A stretch of 58,417 nucleotides of DNA, filler included, from Basidioascus undulatus (taxonomy: Eukaryota), in the NCBI GenBank assembly GCA_000826855.1. It is 3 parts of 3 records of this genome, joined end to end, with 100 filler letters (N's around TTAATTAATTAA, not from the genome) between each part and the next. Parts side by side here need not be neighbours in the genome. Positions count along the whole stretch, not along the records: positions 10,534 to 28,072 come from JTLS01001129.1; positions 28,173 to 58,417 come from JTLS01000113.1; 1 more part is not named here. The stretch is one strand, 5' to 3'. Shown in pieces: positions 25,107 to 40,610 of the stretch. The position numbers and the translations under genes were made by a program. Position 1 is the stretch's first letter. Every line of letters begins with the position of its first letter. The notes beneath the pieces are model-generated. The model worked only from the letters and a program-made list of their open reading frames with translations. It was not told the origin of the DNA and made no database searches.

Positions 25107-28072
25107 TCACTGGATAGCAGAGATGACCAGCTTGGCGGCTTCCTCGCGCTCGGCGCGGACGGCGAGCTCCATCGTGACGCCCTGGCCGGTCTGGAACGTC
25201 ATGCGGCTGCGGGCGAGGACCTTGCCGCCGCCGCCGGCGACGACGCCCGAGAGGTTGAGCGTGTGCACGGACGCGGACGTCGGCGCCTCCGTCCCGCCGA
25301 GGGGCTCCATGTTCAGGAGCTCGATGAGCGAGTCGCAGGCGGCTGTGCACGGCAAGCGAGGGTGTCAGTCAGTCACCGCAGGAAATGAGAAATGGAAAAG
25401 GAGGGGAAACGCACATTTCAGCGAGTCCAACGCGGTAAGCGCGAAAGTCTCGGTAAGCTCCGGGCCGCCGCGGAGCCTCTCCCACTCGGTGGAGAACGTA
25501 GCATAAGACGGGGTGATGTAGTCACCCGCGCCGAGCTCGAGGTCCTCGATCTGGTACTCGTCCTTGTATCCCTCCTCCTCCGGCTCGCCGCTGTCTGGGT
25601 CTATCTCCTTCGAGACGAACGTGAGCGTGTTAGCGAACGAGCCGAGCGCGTAGTCGGCCGGCTCGGTGCGCGTGAACGATACGTAGACGATCCCCGGCCC
25701 GTCGGACGCGGTGATGCGCGGGACGAAGATGATGAAGTCCTCCGTGAGCCCGGCGTCCTCCGAGGGCTGCATGAGCACCGACACCTCCTCGAGCACCGTG
25801 TCGGGGATGGTGTTGTTGACGTTGAACTACGGCCGCCCCATCCAGAATGTCAGTCAATGCCTCCTCCCTTTCCAGCACGGGATCGAGACGCACCTGGAAA
25901 ACGATGTGCTCCTTGAACACGTGCTTGACAGCGGTGACGACGTACTCGGTCTCGCTCTCCGTGAGTTCGACAGGCTTGCTCGAGCTGCGGAGGACGGGGC
26001 CGTACACCGCAAGCTCGGGGACAGCCTCGAGCTGCTTGGCGTACGCGGATTGCGCGTCGGCAGCGGTAGTGGCCGCAGCGGCGACGGCGGTCGACGGACC
26101 GGCCGTGGCGCCCACAGCGACGGACGAGGTCGCCTCGCTCTTGGCGCCTGTGAAACCCACCCTCACATCAGTCCTTGCTAGCTACCGGAACTGAAAAGGG
26201 CGGGTGAAATGGGAAGAGGACGCACGCAGAGCTTCTTGCCGGGACTGCTCGAGGCTGACCTTTGGGATTTCGGAGACGTCGAACGACTTGACGGACGCGG
26301 TCGGGTCGCTGACGTACGCGACGAGCTTGGACTCGAGCGCGCCGAGCGAGAACGACGCCTCTGTACCAGCAGCCACCCAGTCATGTCAGACAGCTCCGAC
26401 GTCCCCCGAGTCCACGGAACGCCATCCCACTCACCTTCCTTGACCGTCCGCCGCGCGAGCTCCTCATCCTCCAGCACCTTGAGGTACATCGCCGCGCGAT
26501 CGCGAACCTCGTCGTCCACGTCGTCCAGACACCTGTCCTCGCATCCCACCCCACATCAGCCTCCCCTCCCCTCCACCTCCGGCACCTCCACGCCCACTTA
26601 CCGGTTCAGCAAGACCTTGACACTCTTCTTGACGCCCTCCGCCTCGACGTTGACGCCGAACTTGGCGAGGCTGCTGACGGCCGCGGCGCGGACGATGGCG
26701 TTCTCGAGCACGACGCGGTTGTAGATGTGGCGGATGTATTTCGTCGGCTGGGCCGTCTTGGGGCCCTCGACGCCGAGGAGGTGGAGCACGCGCACGGAGA
26801 GCTTCGTGAACTCGCAGTCCTCGATGAACTCGCAGAGGTGGGAGAGGGCTGACCACCCCAAACCCGATTCGCGTCAGCCCACCCAACCGCGATGAAGAGA
26901 AAGGAAAGAAAAGGGGAGAACACAACGCACCCGCCTCCTTGCAGTCCTCGACAAACTTGATCATGTCAAAGATAGCCTCCACAACGGCGCGCTTGAACTC
27001 GTACCCGCCCTCGTCGCGGAGGACGCCGGAGAGGAAGGAGAGCATGACGTTCTGCTTTGCGGGGAACTTGAGGCAGAGCGCGCGGATGGCGTCGACGACG
27101 ATGATCTTGAACTCGTCGCTGATGTCGAGCATGAACCCCGAAATCTGCTTCATCAGCCGGTCGACCGAGGCTTCGTTGCCCGTCTGTGGAGCGTCCCGGA
27201 TCGCACATCTCAGTCTATAGTCCCGCTACGAAAACAGGGAGAAAAGGAGGGAGGAAGGAAGAATCCTTACCTTTAGCAGCGTCGTGATCGCAAAAGTCGC
27301 GACGCTCCGGTTCCCATCGCTGATCAACCCCTCCATCTCGATGTTACAGCTGGCGACGGCAGCGGGGTGGGTCTGTGCGAGGCGGTTGAGGGTGCGGATG
27401 GCGGCGAACTTGAGCGCGGGCTTGGGGCTCGCGAGCGCGAGCTGGAGGACCGCGATGGGACGGAGGAGGTCCGCGGGGCGCGCACCGCGCCACTCGCAGA
27501 TCGCCCGCGCGGCTTCGTAGTTCACCATGTCCGACTTGTGCCGCAGCCAGGACTCGAGCAGCTCGAACATCGGGCGCTGGAGGCTGTGGAGGGGGTGGAG
27601 GGGAATCAGAATGCGCGGGGGAGGGGGGCATGAAGAAACGAAGAAGAGAGGAGGGGAAAGCGAAGACGCACTTCGGGTCCTCCTCCATGAGCCTCGCCGC
27701 ATACCGCACAAGCATGCAAATCGCGAGAGGGTTCTTCAAGTTCCCCGCTCCGCGTCCGCCCCCAGTGCCGGCCAAGCCCTGAACGAGCTTGGTAACGGCC
27801 ATGCGGTCCTTCTCGCGGATGGCGTACAGCAAGCCGAGCGCATGGTACTGCGAGACGGCACTCGTGCTCTGCACGCCGCCCTGCGCTGAGAAGCCACTCG
27901 AGGGGGCTTTCGACAAAGCCTCCTGCGCCTCGTTCGCCCACCGCTTGATCGTGTCCCGCGCGGCGGGGTAGAGGTGGTACGAGGAGACGAGAGCGGCGGA
28001 GGAGATGGAGGGCGAGCGGTCGACGAGGGCCGTGCGGAAGAATCGCTCCAGGCCTTGGATCATCGATGGCTG
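25107..28072 (-). CDS. SEC21: Coatomer subunit gamma (COPG/Sec21); 5' part lost in the gap
   Basis: Motifs [99 protein letters not shown] and [12 protein letters not shown]. Confidence 0.97.
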
Positions 28073-28172
28073 NNNNNNNNNNNNNNNNNNNNNNNNNNNN
28101 NNNNNNNNNNNNNNNNTTAATTAATTAANNNNNNNNNNNNNNNNNNNNNNNNNNNNNNNNNNNNNNNNNNNN
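28073..28172. other. Scaffold gap with TTAATTAATTAA linker (28117-28128)
   Basis: Same 100-nt N/linker structure as 10434-10533. Confidence 0.97.
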
Positions 28173-28786
28173 GGAGGGAGGTAGGAGGGGAGGGTGGAGA
28201 GCGTGATGCCGTCGAGGAGGGACGGCGGGAGGGGGTCCATGGAGATGAAAATTAGCCCTTCGGATTGGGGGAGGTCGAGCCTGCTCTCGGCGAGTCATAA
28301 TGCATCCAGAAAGGCAGTAAGGGAACGAAACGTAAGCTGTAGGGGAGAGAACGTACCTGAACCTAACGTCCTCCCACTCCTCCCCATCCCCATCAACCTC
28401 GACCCCCTCCCCCACGCCCACCACCCTAAACCCCAACCTCCCCTCCCGTCCCCACTCCACCTCCTCCCCCTCGTGTCTCTCCCTCCTCGGCCTTCCCGGG
28501 CCTCTTTCGCGCCCGCGTGTCCGGCGCCTAGCGACCGCAACGTCCCCCGCGCCGAGGATGCTCTCGAACGAGGGCTCTGCCGGGGACGGCGGGAACGCCA
28601 GCGGGTCCGTCGCGAAGAGGCTGGCGCTCGCGGGGCGGGAGCGGCGCTCGGTGCGAGGACGCTCGGAGGCGAGGAACCCTGTTGGGCCGAGGAGGGAGGT
28701 GGAGGGGCGGTCGGGGGAGACCTAAGAGGATGGCCAGGAAGGTGGGTGAGCAGACCAGGCTGGTGGCGATGCGGGGGACGCACCAT
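28173..28786 (-). CDS. Hypothetical protein, 5' part (runs into the gap)
   Basis: ATG-only first coding exon (ATG|GTGCGT...CTTAG), open exon VSPDRPST...EEWEDVRF, intron GTACGT...GCAG, then LDLPQSEGLIFISMDPLPP, all in frame. Confidence 0.55.
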
Positions 28787-29978
28787 CCTGGCTGGACGGA
28801 CTGTCTGAGGGAAGTGTGGTTGGTGGTGCGTTGAGCCCAGTAAATGAGCTGGAGTATTAGATGGTTGGTAAAAGCTGCGATGGGATGAACGTGATGCAAG
28901 GTCAAGATGCGAACTTCCACGACTCCGACTCGGAGCCGGGGAAGCGAGAAGCCGCCCTCCTCCGGCGAGCTTCCCTCCAGCTCCTGCGCTCGGCCGACAC
29001 CTTATTCGTGGCATGTCCTTGCCATTTTTGCGCATGTAAAGGTTTATTTTGTGTTTAGCGCGCACACAAGAGCCTGATAAGGAACAGGTACCTACAAGGC
29101 ATACGGACGCGGGTGGCCGTTGCGGGCACTGACATCAGGGCTGGGAACGCATGGTAGACATCGTTCGGCGTGCCTTGCGCAGTATTCGAAGGTTCTGAAC
29201 GCTATTCACCAACAGCGGGGATACACTTGATCAATCTGTTGGACTTACTTGCTCTGTTGAGTCGGAGTCGGAGTGGGGTTTTCTGACTGCGCGCCTTGAG
29301 CGTTCACAGCTCTAAGATGTGGTTTATGGGCGTCCTGGGAGTTTTTAGATGGATTTCACAGGGAATAAACCAGGTAAAAGAGTCGTTCAAATGGAGAATG
29401 AGTCTGACAAACACGGCGCTACATTTGGAAGCATGATCCTGCATTGCAGCCTGGCCATTTCTGCAGTCATAACCATAATGCCCACTCGCTCTTGTATAAC
29501 CATGAAAAGCAAGAGTTCCCATCTGACACTCCTAAATCTCTAGCTTCAGAGAACAAACGAATATCCCAAGTTAGCGTTCACTGTGCAGCTCGCTCTGAAA
29601 AGTTAAAATCAGCCAGCTGTCGACGTCCAGTCCACTGTTGGATGCGAATCCAAGTCAGTTCACCTGTAAGCAATAGTGAAACCTATGGCTACATAACACA
29701 GCGCACCCGGGCCTTCACAAAGCTCTGTCGATGTTGTGCAGGGGCAACTTTGGCAGCGAGATGCAAGCAGCCCCTTCACAGTCTTCCTCTTCCCCTTTCG
29801 CCCCCAAACCCACCCTTTGCTTTTCAGAAACAGCAAAACTTTCCAATCCGCAAACATCATACCCTCCCTCCCAAAAGAATCCACCGCTCCGTTTCTCCCT
29901 GCCGGTCGACCATACATACCACCTCACCCCTCCTCTTCCCAACTACCTTCTCCCTCCACCGCCAGCACAGCACCTACC

Positions 29979-31016
29979 ATGCTGCTCATCCTTTCCCCCT
30001 TCTCATCTTCCTCTTCCCCGCGCTCGCCCACGTCGGCGTCCTCACTGTCTCCTTCGAAGACGGGCAGACGGGCTTCCTCTCACGGGTGCTTTCGGCGAAC
30101 AAAGGGTGCATTCCACTTCCCCTTCCTTCACCCCCCTTATACCCACTATTCTAAACGTCCAGAAACGTAAAAGGTTCGAATTTACGACCGCCGAAGAAGA
30201 CGCGCTGTGTGTCGACCTCTCTGACGCAGATGGTGGTCCTTTCTGTGCGCTGGCTGAGTCGCTCTGAAACGAAGTTGGGAGAGAGGGCTGATATGAAAGG
30301 GTTTTGTCGTGAAAAGGAGACGGACCCAGACTTGACGTACCTCATGATCTACCTCTGTGGGATGGTCGGCTTGCTCGCTACGTTTCACGGCTGGTAGCCC
30401 CAAGTACCTTTCCCACCCCTTCCTTCTCCTTCCCTCTTCCTCCCCCTATGCTTTTCCTTGCTTCAATACTGAAATCCCCCACCCGCTCACAGCGACGCCC
30501 GCTTCGGACCCTGCGGAGCCACCAGTACGTTCCTCTTCCCCTCAGTCCATCTCCCCTTGTTCTGACACCCAGACCCGGTCCATAGCCCGACCAACACTCC
30601 GGCCCAGCCCAACATCCCGAACCCCCTCGGCACGCAAGCGCAGACCGGGATCTGGTCGTATGACTCTTCCACTGGCGCGCTCAGTGCACAGTGGGTGAAC
30701 ACGGACGGTGTGTCCCCGGTGTCTCTTTATGTTAAGAAAGAGGAAGGATGTTGATGGGGAGTGGGGGCATGGTAGGAACTCAACTGGGCACTGAGCTGAG
30801 GTATGTTCCGACGCCCAACTGGTTCGTCGTCACGGGCGACGTGCAGGCGTGGACGGCTGCGAGAGGGGCGAATGTGGGCGCTGTGGGTCGTCTTCCTCAT
30901 CGTCTCCCGCTCTTTATTTTCTTCCTTTGGGGTCAATGTCAGAAAGTGAGGAGGAAATATGAATGGGGGGAGCGGGCCCACAGACGCTCAAGTTCTTGAA
31001 CAGGGAGCGCGCGTAG
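29979..31016 (+). pseudogene. Small secreted basidiomycete protein (fruit-body-specific-protein-like C-terminal domain) with two frameshifts
   Basis: Signal-like LLIFLFPALA is out of frame with ATG 29979. Exons give GVLTVSFEDGQTGFLS, FTTAEEDALCV, YLCGMVG (frameshift) TAGSP, AQTGIWSYDSSTGALSAQWVNTDG, FVVTGDV and TLKFL. Confidence 0.55.
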
Positions 31017-32551
31017 GAGAAAGAGGGTGGAATGCGGTCGGAGGAGGACGACGCTGGATTGGGAGAATTGGTGGGAGGCGTCATAGTCCGGGTGACATGA
31101 TGGGATTGTGAAGGGACTAGATTAAATTCTATACTGGTTATTGGCAGAGAAGAAAGCTGGTGATTTGGATTTTGAGTTGTCGTGTTCAACGTTGCGAGAG
31201 TGTCGTATCACCGGCTGTTCAAAGCTGCTAGAGTGTGCGTATGACCGGCCAGACTGCAGTCGGGAGAGAGATGAGCTGATAAAACAAACGAGTGTGCTTC
31301 TGAGAAAGAGTATCTGATGCCTGTAAGAACTGTTTCCGTGCGTACCGGGCATCGACAGTGGAGTGTCCGAGTGGCAGAGCAGGGTAACGGTATCTAAGCC
31401 GCACATCGTACCTCGGTGTGAACCTCAAGATCATGAGGGCGCGCAACAAGAACTTAATGGAGGGGCTGTGGATCTCGTGGCAGCCCAGCATTGCTGCAGG
31501 AGCCGCGCTGTTGCGCGCGGGTGAGGGCACGCACCCTAGAGAACTGCCTTGAGAACTGTCCCCAACAGCAGCACGCCTAAGACAGGATCAACGGTACAAA
31601 TGGTGTCCTGCGCCTAGCACCCATCCACCACGAAGTATCGCACGAAGCGTACACAGCCGACACCGAGGTCCTGCTCCTGCTCTTCAGAATGACCCGGAAT
31701 GTGCATCCCAATGGAAGATGCTTGCGAAGAGGACAACAGCAAGCTGTGCTGCAGACAACACGGCCGACGCGGTCATGGAGACGACGGCGGAAGTGTTTGT
31801 GTGTGATTGTAGGGAATGTTCGGCCTTCAGGTTGAAGAAGCTCGGTGTGTTGAGGACCACGGGGACCAGGGCCGGGGCGAAACTTGCCGCGTCTCGCTTC
31901 TTTCACAGTGCGGCACCGTTGCCGAGGCTGAAAGTCGCAAATCTAGGCTGCCGAGGAGGGATGGGATAAATTTCTTTATTCGGCCCGGTGGTAGCAGCGC
32001 TGTTAGCCTGGCAATGCGCGCGGTAGCAACTCAGGAGAGAGATCTGAGCAAGGCGATGCAGCGCGAGAAGACGAAGTGCGGTCCCGACCTCCACCGAACC
32101 CCACTCGATCCTGGGCCTTCGCTGCCCTGTTCCCCCCGAGGTCACTGGCGGGCCCCTTTTCCCCGCCGACCAACTCCTCCTCCCCCACAATCACACTGTT
32201 TTGCTTTGCGGGGCTGGCTAGACGGAGCAGCTGGGCCCCCGCACCCCCCTCAAATCATCCTCGAGCAGCCCATTATGCCCCTCCCGGTCTGCCCCGATCG
32301 GAGAAGATGTTAGGTCGGCCGCGGAGTTGGGGTTGACGTTGTGACGTCCTCTGTTTCGTCAAGGTGCTGACTTCAACCGAGGAAGCCCCCACTTTCCTCC
32401 CTGATCCTGGTCGAGCCTCCCCCGCCTTGCCTTCTCACGACCACGACCACCCCATCCCGCCCGGCCTCCCGCTCTCTACCCTCGCCAGGTTCCCATTGCC
32501 CAGTCCCAAACCCTCATTGTCCTCCTAGCAACTCTCAATTCCTAATCGATC

Positions 32552-35483
<2,932 letters not shown>

Positions 35484-36057
35484 ACTGATCTATGTTGATT
35501 TTGATTTGTAATTCTCGCATTAGAGCTGACGCGACGCAAAATATTCAATCGCATTGCAAACACGGATACTCGGAGCTGAACCAGTGTGCTGCTGTTGTGT
35601 GCTTTTACGGAACGAGTCATTGTTACTGTTGGTAGAGTGTTGTAAGCGGATCAAACAAACGATGCGGAGTCCGCTTGCTTGATTGTCATGAGCGCTCGCA
35701 AACATCGACCGTGACAAGTCGGCAGTCTGCAATCGGCAGCGAAGTACAGTCGACGCTTCTTTCTGAATACCTTGTTTCCGCAGTCGCTATCTCGCGCGTA
35801 AAGTTATGTGGCTTTCATGCCGAAGAAAATGAAAATGAAAAGGAGCAGAAGGTTAAAATCAAGCTCTTAGCAACCCGCTCACGTCTGCGGTCGGGTGCAT
35901 ACTTTCACCGTACAAACATGACGACTGGCCTTTGGCGAATCGCTGGAATTCCAGTCCAAAGTACCAGCAAATCCATCATTCCATCAGCTCTCATCCCTCC
36001 CATCTATAACCTCCTCACCCACATACCCCTTTACCCCGCACACCCTCTTCACTCATA

Positions 36058-36825
36058 ATGCGCACTACCTCCTGTATCGCTATCTTTGCCCTCTTAACGT
36101 CAGACCGGTGTGCGCGACGTACACGAAAATCCAACCTGATAAACCCGCCCCTTCTCCCGCACCCTCATCTCAGCTCGGCAACGACAACAAGTCCAAGAAG
36201 GTCGACGTCGATGTCACGAAGAAGAAGGGTAAACCTCCGGCACGGCGGCGGTTCTTTACGCGCTGGATGGAGGTGAACTTGGCTGCCTTGCCCCATCGTC
36301 TATACATCAATAAGCTCAAGAATATCGAGAAGGACGAGAAGAAGGAGGACAAGGAGCGTGACGAGAAGAAAGACGTGAAGTACCGTCGCGCCGCTGCGGA
36401 CGACGCGATCAACATCGACAACTCGGTCGACACGAATCTCGACTTTGAGCTCGAGGAGTACAAGCACAAGAAACTCGGCAAGGGCGACGACGACGACGTG
36501 TCTTACTTCCCGCACCGCCAGCACCACCACACAACAAGGGCAAGAAGCACGGCCGTCGTGGCAGCAGCCCTTTCGCGCTCAAGGATGGCATCAGACATCG
36601 AGAACGACGACTTCGAGTACCAGCAGGAGAAGTACGAGAACAACCATATCAGGACTACGAGGAGAAGAAGTACGTCGTCCCTTCGCCCTCCCGACATGAT
36701 TATTAACTGATATCATCTTTCTCTTAAGCCTAAGAAGAAGGAGCACAAGAAGTACGTCTAAGCGTACCTGTAATTCCTGATCGATCTTCCTGATCGATCT
36801 TCGTTTGTTTCAGACCGTCTACTGA
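36058..36825 (+). CDS. Putative secreted Lys/Asp/Glu-rich low-complexity protein, possibly disabled
   Basis: MRTTSCIAIFALL leader, GT-AG introns, highly charged exons (EKDEKKEDKERDEKKD; DFELEEYKHKK; DFEYQQEKY) and dibasic RR sites. The frame is inconsistent near the 3' end. Confidence 0.4.
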
Positions 36826-37601
36826 GTTGACCCGTGCCCTGCACCTTTGAAATAGCGACCGGGATTTACACCTACCCGACAAGCAAAGCCCAAGCTGTTA
36901 TACTCATTTTAATTTCTCTTATACCCTGTCTTATCCACTTCTATAATATCCGCCTATCACATGCATTCCTTCCCTACCTTTTCTGCGAGCTTCGCATATG
37001 TAGCGTTCTGAAAGTGCAACACGTTTCATCATCAATTGTGGTTCCGGTGCTTTACTTGAAGCTTCTATGGCAGTAGATGTGTCAGAGTACTGCTTCTGTG
37101 TGTTGGACGGGGAGAGTCAGCTGCTTCGTGGCTGGCAGCACGCTGGGCTTCACCATTGAGGACCAGATGATAGTCGCAGCCCGACACGCCAAATCTAAAG
37201 TCAATGGACGGTTTTGAATTGATTGCAATACGAGCAGATATTTTCGTACCATGGAGTAGAAAAGTCTTGTGCATCCGACCGCAGCGTCGACTGCGAGGGG
37301 AAACTGCTTCTGGCTACCGTGACGAGACTTGAGCCAAGCTGTCAGGACACGTTCTGTATCTTGCCCCATCGCCGCAATCTGTGTATGATGTGTGCTTTAA
37401 CTCGGCCATGTGTGCATTCCCGGAAGGATTCAAAGCCTTGTTGATCGTATTTCGTGATACTCAAGTGTGAGCTTCAGGCAGTTCGGCTTCGTTCGTCGGC
37501 GTCGGTACAAAGGCCTCCTCTGTCTGGTCTGCCACTCAGTTCCACCCTAAAAACTTCCGGCTATCATGTCCTCTACCAAGAGCATCGATTCCTTACCATC
37601 C

Positions 37602-40290
37602 ATGTCAGCAACTACCTTTACCGCCTCAGGTTCCAAGGCGCCGGTATCGGCAGTTGCACCGCCGGCATACACGTCCTCCTCCTTCCAGCCTCCGCCGGCG
37701 TACTGTTTCCCCGTCACAGTACTGCCCGTCGTCGCATCTCAAGTACCTTTTGAACTTATCATCGGCACAACACCCACCGCACCACTCGTCCCCGCGTCGC
37801 GAGTTCTGGCGCATCTTCGCCTCCTCGGCGCATTTCGCGCCCTCGAGCAGCGCATCTCGTTCGGTCCATCCCCCTCCCGTCCGGGCCCATCCACGCCACC
37901 ACCAGCCGTACCGAGGCGGGTGTTCTTGCATCAGACAGTCTGGCGCTTCGAGTTGTGGCTTAAGTCGGTCGTGCGCTCGGAGCGGCACCCTGGCTGCTGC
38001 GCCGGATGGGAGCTAAGCCGCGAGAGGATTTGTCCTCTGGTTCTGACACGCGTGCCTGCTCAACCCCTTTGTGTATGCGGACGACTCGTCCAGGGAGTGG
38101 CAGAAGCTCCGGGTGCTCCGTGAATATGCCAGTGGAGCGGATTGTACGTTGTTTTATCGTTGCTCTCCCCTTCACATCCGCCTTAACAGGTTTGGCTGAC
38201 ATTCTTTAATAAGGCTACTCAAATCGACCCTGTTACCCATGAATTCATCCTCACTCCGGCGCAGGCAACCCACTGGGCACGCCTCACCCTCACCTCGCCC
38301 GAGCCGCTGGGCCTCTCTCTGGCCAGTGACGACGTGCTTGCGGTGGAGTGTCCGCACTGCGAGGGACCGCGGGTGAAAGTTCCGTGGCTGTGCGAGCCGG
38401 AGCTGGATATCCGGGGTTATGCGAGTGGAACGGGTGGATTCAGAATGCGTTCTTGGCGAGATGTGGGCGTTGCAAGTTCGAGATAACGATCAGTGCAGCA
38501 ACATCATCTGTTGACATGACTGCGCCACTGAGCTGACTTGGCTCTACCCCGAGTAGTGCGAAGCTCTCGGTGTCAGTCTTTTTGCAGAATATATCGCTCG
38601 GTGTCTCGTTGACCAAGATGCCATCCTCCCGTACGTGTTGCGCTTCAATTTCCAGCTGGTCCCTCTCGTCATGCTGGTCTGACTCTTCTTCCAACTTTTT
38701 CAAGCGGCACTCTATGCAATCCGAAGGATAGCACCCACTCTCCCGCCTCCGCCTCGCACCTGACCACGCACCTGCTCCAACGCTTCGCGGACGTCCCCCC
38801 TCGTCGCCAAGCAGTCGGCGACCACCTCGGTTGATCCTTCAATGGCATCCAGCGGAGCGCCGAGGAGGCGCGCGAAATACTCTTGGACGTGGTTCGAGCC
38901 AAGTACGACCATACGCGCAGGGAGCCGGGCAAGAAAAACGGCAGGCCGACGGGGAGGGCCGGATCGGAGCTTGACGAACGGAAGGCGCAGGACGAGGTGG
39001 AAGGGCTGCGACTGATGGTGACATGGATACTGTACGGGCCGAGGTGCGTTGTTTTACTTAAACTCGAATGAAGGCCAGTTTGCTCACGCTGGAACCGTAA
39101 ACTGTCTAGGATTGCGAAGATGCTTTCGGCGTACCGTGAAACCGTTCTCCCTCAACATCGTTGCCAGTCCGTCTCGTCTTTCCCCTTCACCACCAGTTTC
39201 TTTTCTTTCCTGAACTCTCATAAAGTAAAACCTTTGGGTGCATGTTCTTCAGGTCCTACGCCAGATGATCTTGACAGCTAAGGCGCACGACCTCGGCTGG
39301 CTGGACCCTGCGAATCCCTCTCCGCCTCTCGCACAGTCGATAACGCGCTACTACAAGTAACTGCACCTCCTCGCCTACTTCTAGGGAAAACTTCTCGACG
39401 ATCTTGTGTGGCACACGCACCAGCTTACCGGCGAAGGGTACATGGACGACATGCACCGCTGCGTCGGGAGATACGTCGACCACCGACGATCGTGTTGACG
39501 AAGGGCGACTGTGTGAGTCTTTTTGCCTTTTGAGTTCCTAGGCCTGTACTTCTGACTAAATCCTAACATTGTATGGGCAGCGGACGGTTTCGATGTGACC
39601 GCCCGTCTTTGGCAAGAGACCTTTTAGGCTCCCTACTCGGCATGCCAGCCGCTTTCCGTCCCGCTTGGCACGACGTTCAAGCGTCTCGTTCGCCGCTTCT
39701 CCTCCTATTCTACCAGGGAAAGAACCAATAGCGTCTCTTCGTACCTTCCCTTCTGAACCGAGCCTTCTACCCCTCGGACCATCCCAGCATGGTCATCCTG
39801 TCCGACGGGCGCATCACCCAGGCGTGCGAGTGCGGGGTGAAGAAGCTTGCGAAGCGCGGAGAGGAGCAGCCGTTCGCGAAGCGCGTTTGGAGAGGGTGCT
39901 GGAAGGAGCGCCCGCAACGGCGCTGGTGTCGCGGCTGCAGCGACCGTGGCGTTTGGCGCAATGGGACTGGCGGGATGGGCGCTGCTGGGCGGCGTCGAGG
40001 ACGAGGCTGTGATCGACGCAAAAGCTACAGAAGGGACAGTGCTGTACCGTGCGTCGATAATTTCACTTCTAATTTCGCGCTTCTCCAATATTCGTTACTC
40101 ACCCAGGTGTGGGTTGTTGTAGGGCTACGCCGTTCCTGTGCACGGCAGCTGCGCAGCGGGTGTGACTGCAGGTGCCTGCCCATTGCATGGGTGCGGCGGC
40201 GGAGGGTGGGCTGGAGGGGCCTGTGGTGGAGATTATTCTGGTGGTTGTGGTGGAGGAGGATGCGGTGGCGGCTGTGGCGGAGGAGACTGA
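37602..40290 (+). pseudogene. Glycine-rich-domain (GRDP/DUF1399-type) protein pseudogene
   Basis: AHLRLLGAF, RFELW, *HACLLNP..Y.DDS (TGA 38044 at the conserved W), DLVWHTHQL...GRYVDH, WQETF* (TAG 39625), and a C-terminal CGG/GGCGGG tail. Several frameshifts. Confidence 0.8.
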
Positions 40291-40610
40291 GGAACTCGAA
40301 GAGCGGAGAGGCCGTTGCCGCAGAGTTGTTGCTGAATGGACGCTGTACACGTTCAGAGAGAGTGGGACGAGTTGTCATGGTCCAATGCTGAGAAAACGGC
40401 TCAGAATATCCCAACATACTTATGGTTTGGCAAATACAGTCGCAGTACCGACTCCCATTGAAACTGTTCGCAACGTGGTCTGAAAGGCGACTGCGTAGCC
40501 GATGGGCCGAAAAGGAAATGCTAGCCAGCCGAAAGCATCCATCCGGTGCCTTCTCGCTTCGCTCTTCTCGGGTCTTCCCCTCCTCCCCAACCTCTCCCAG
40601 CCTCTCTTTT

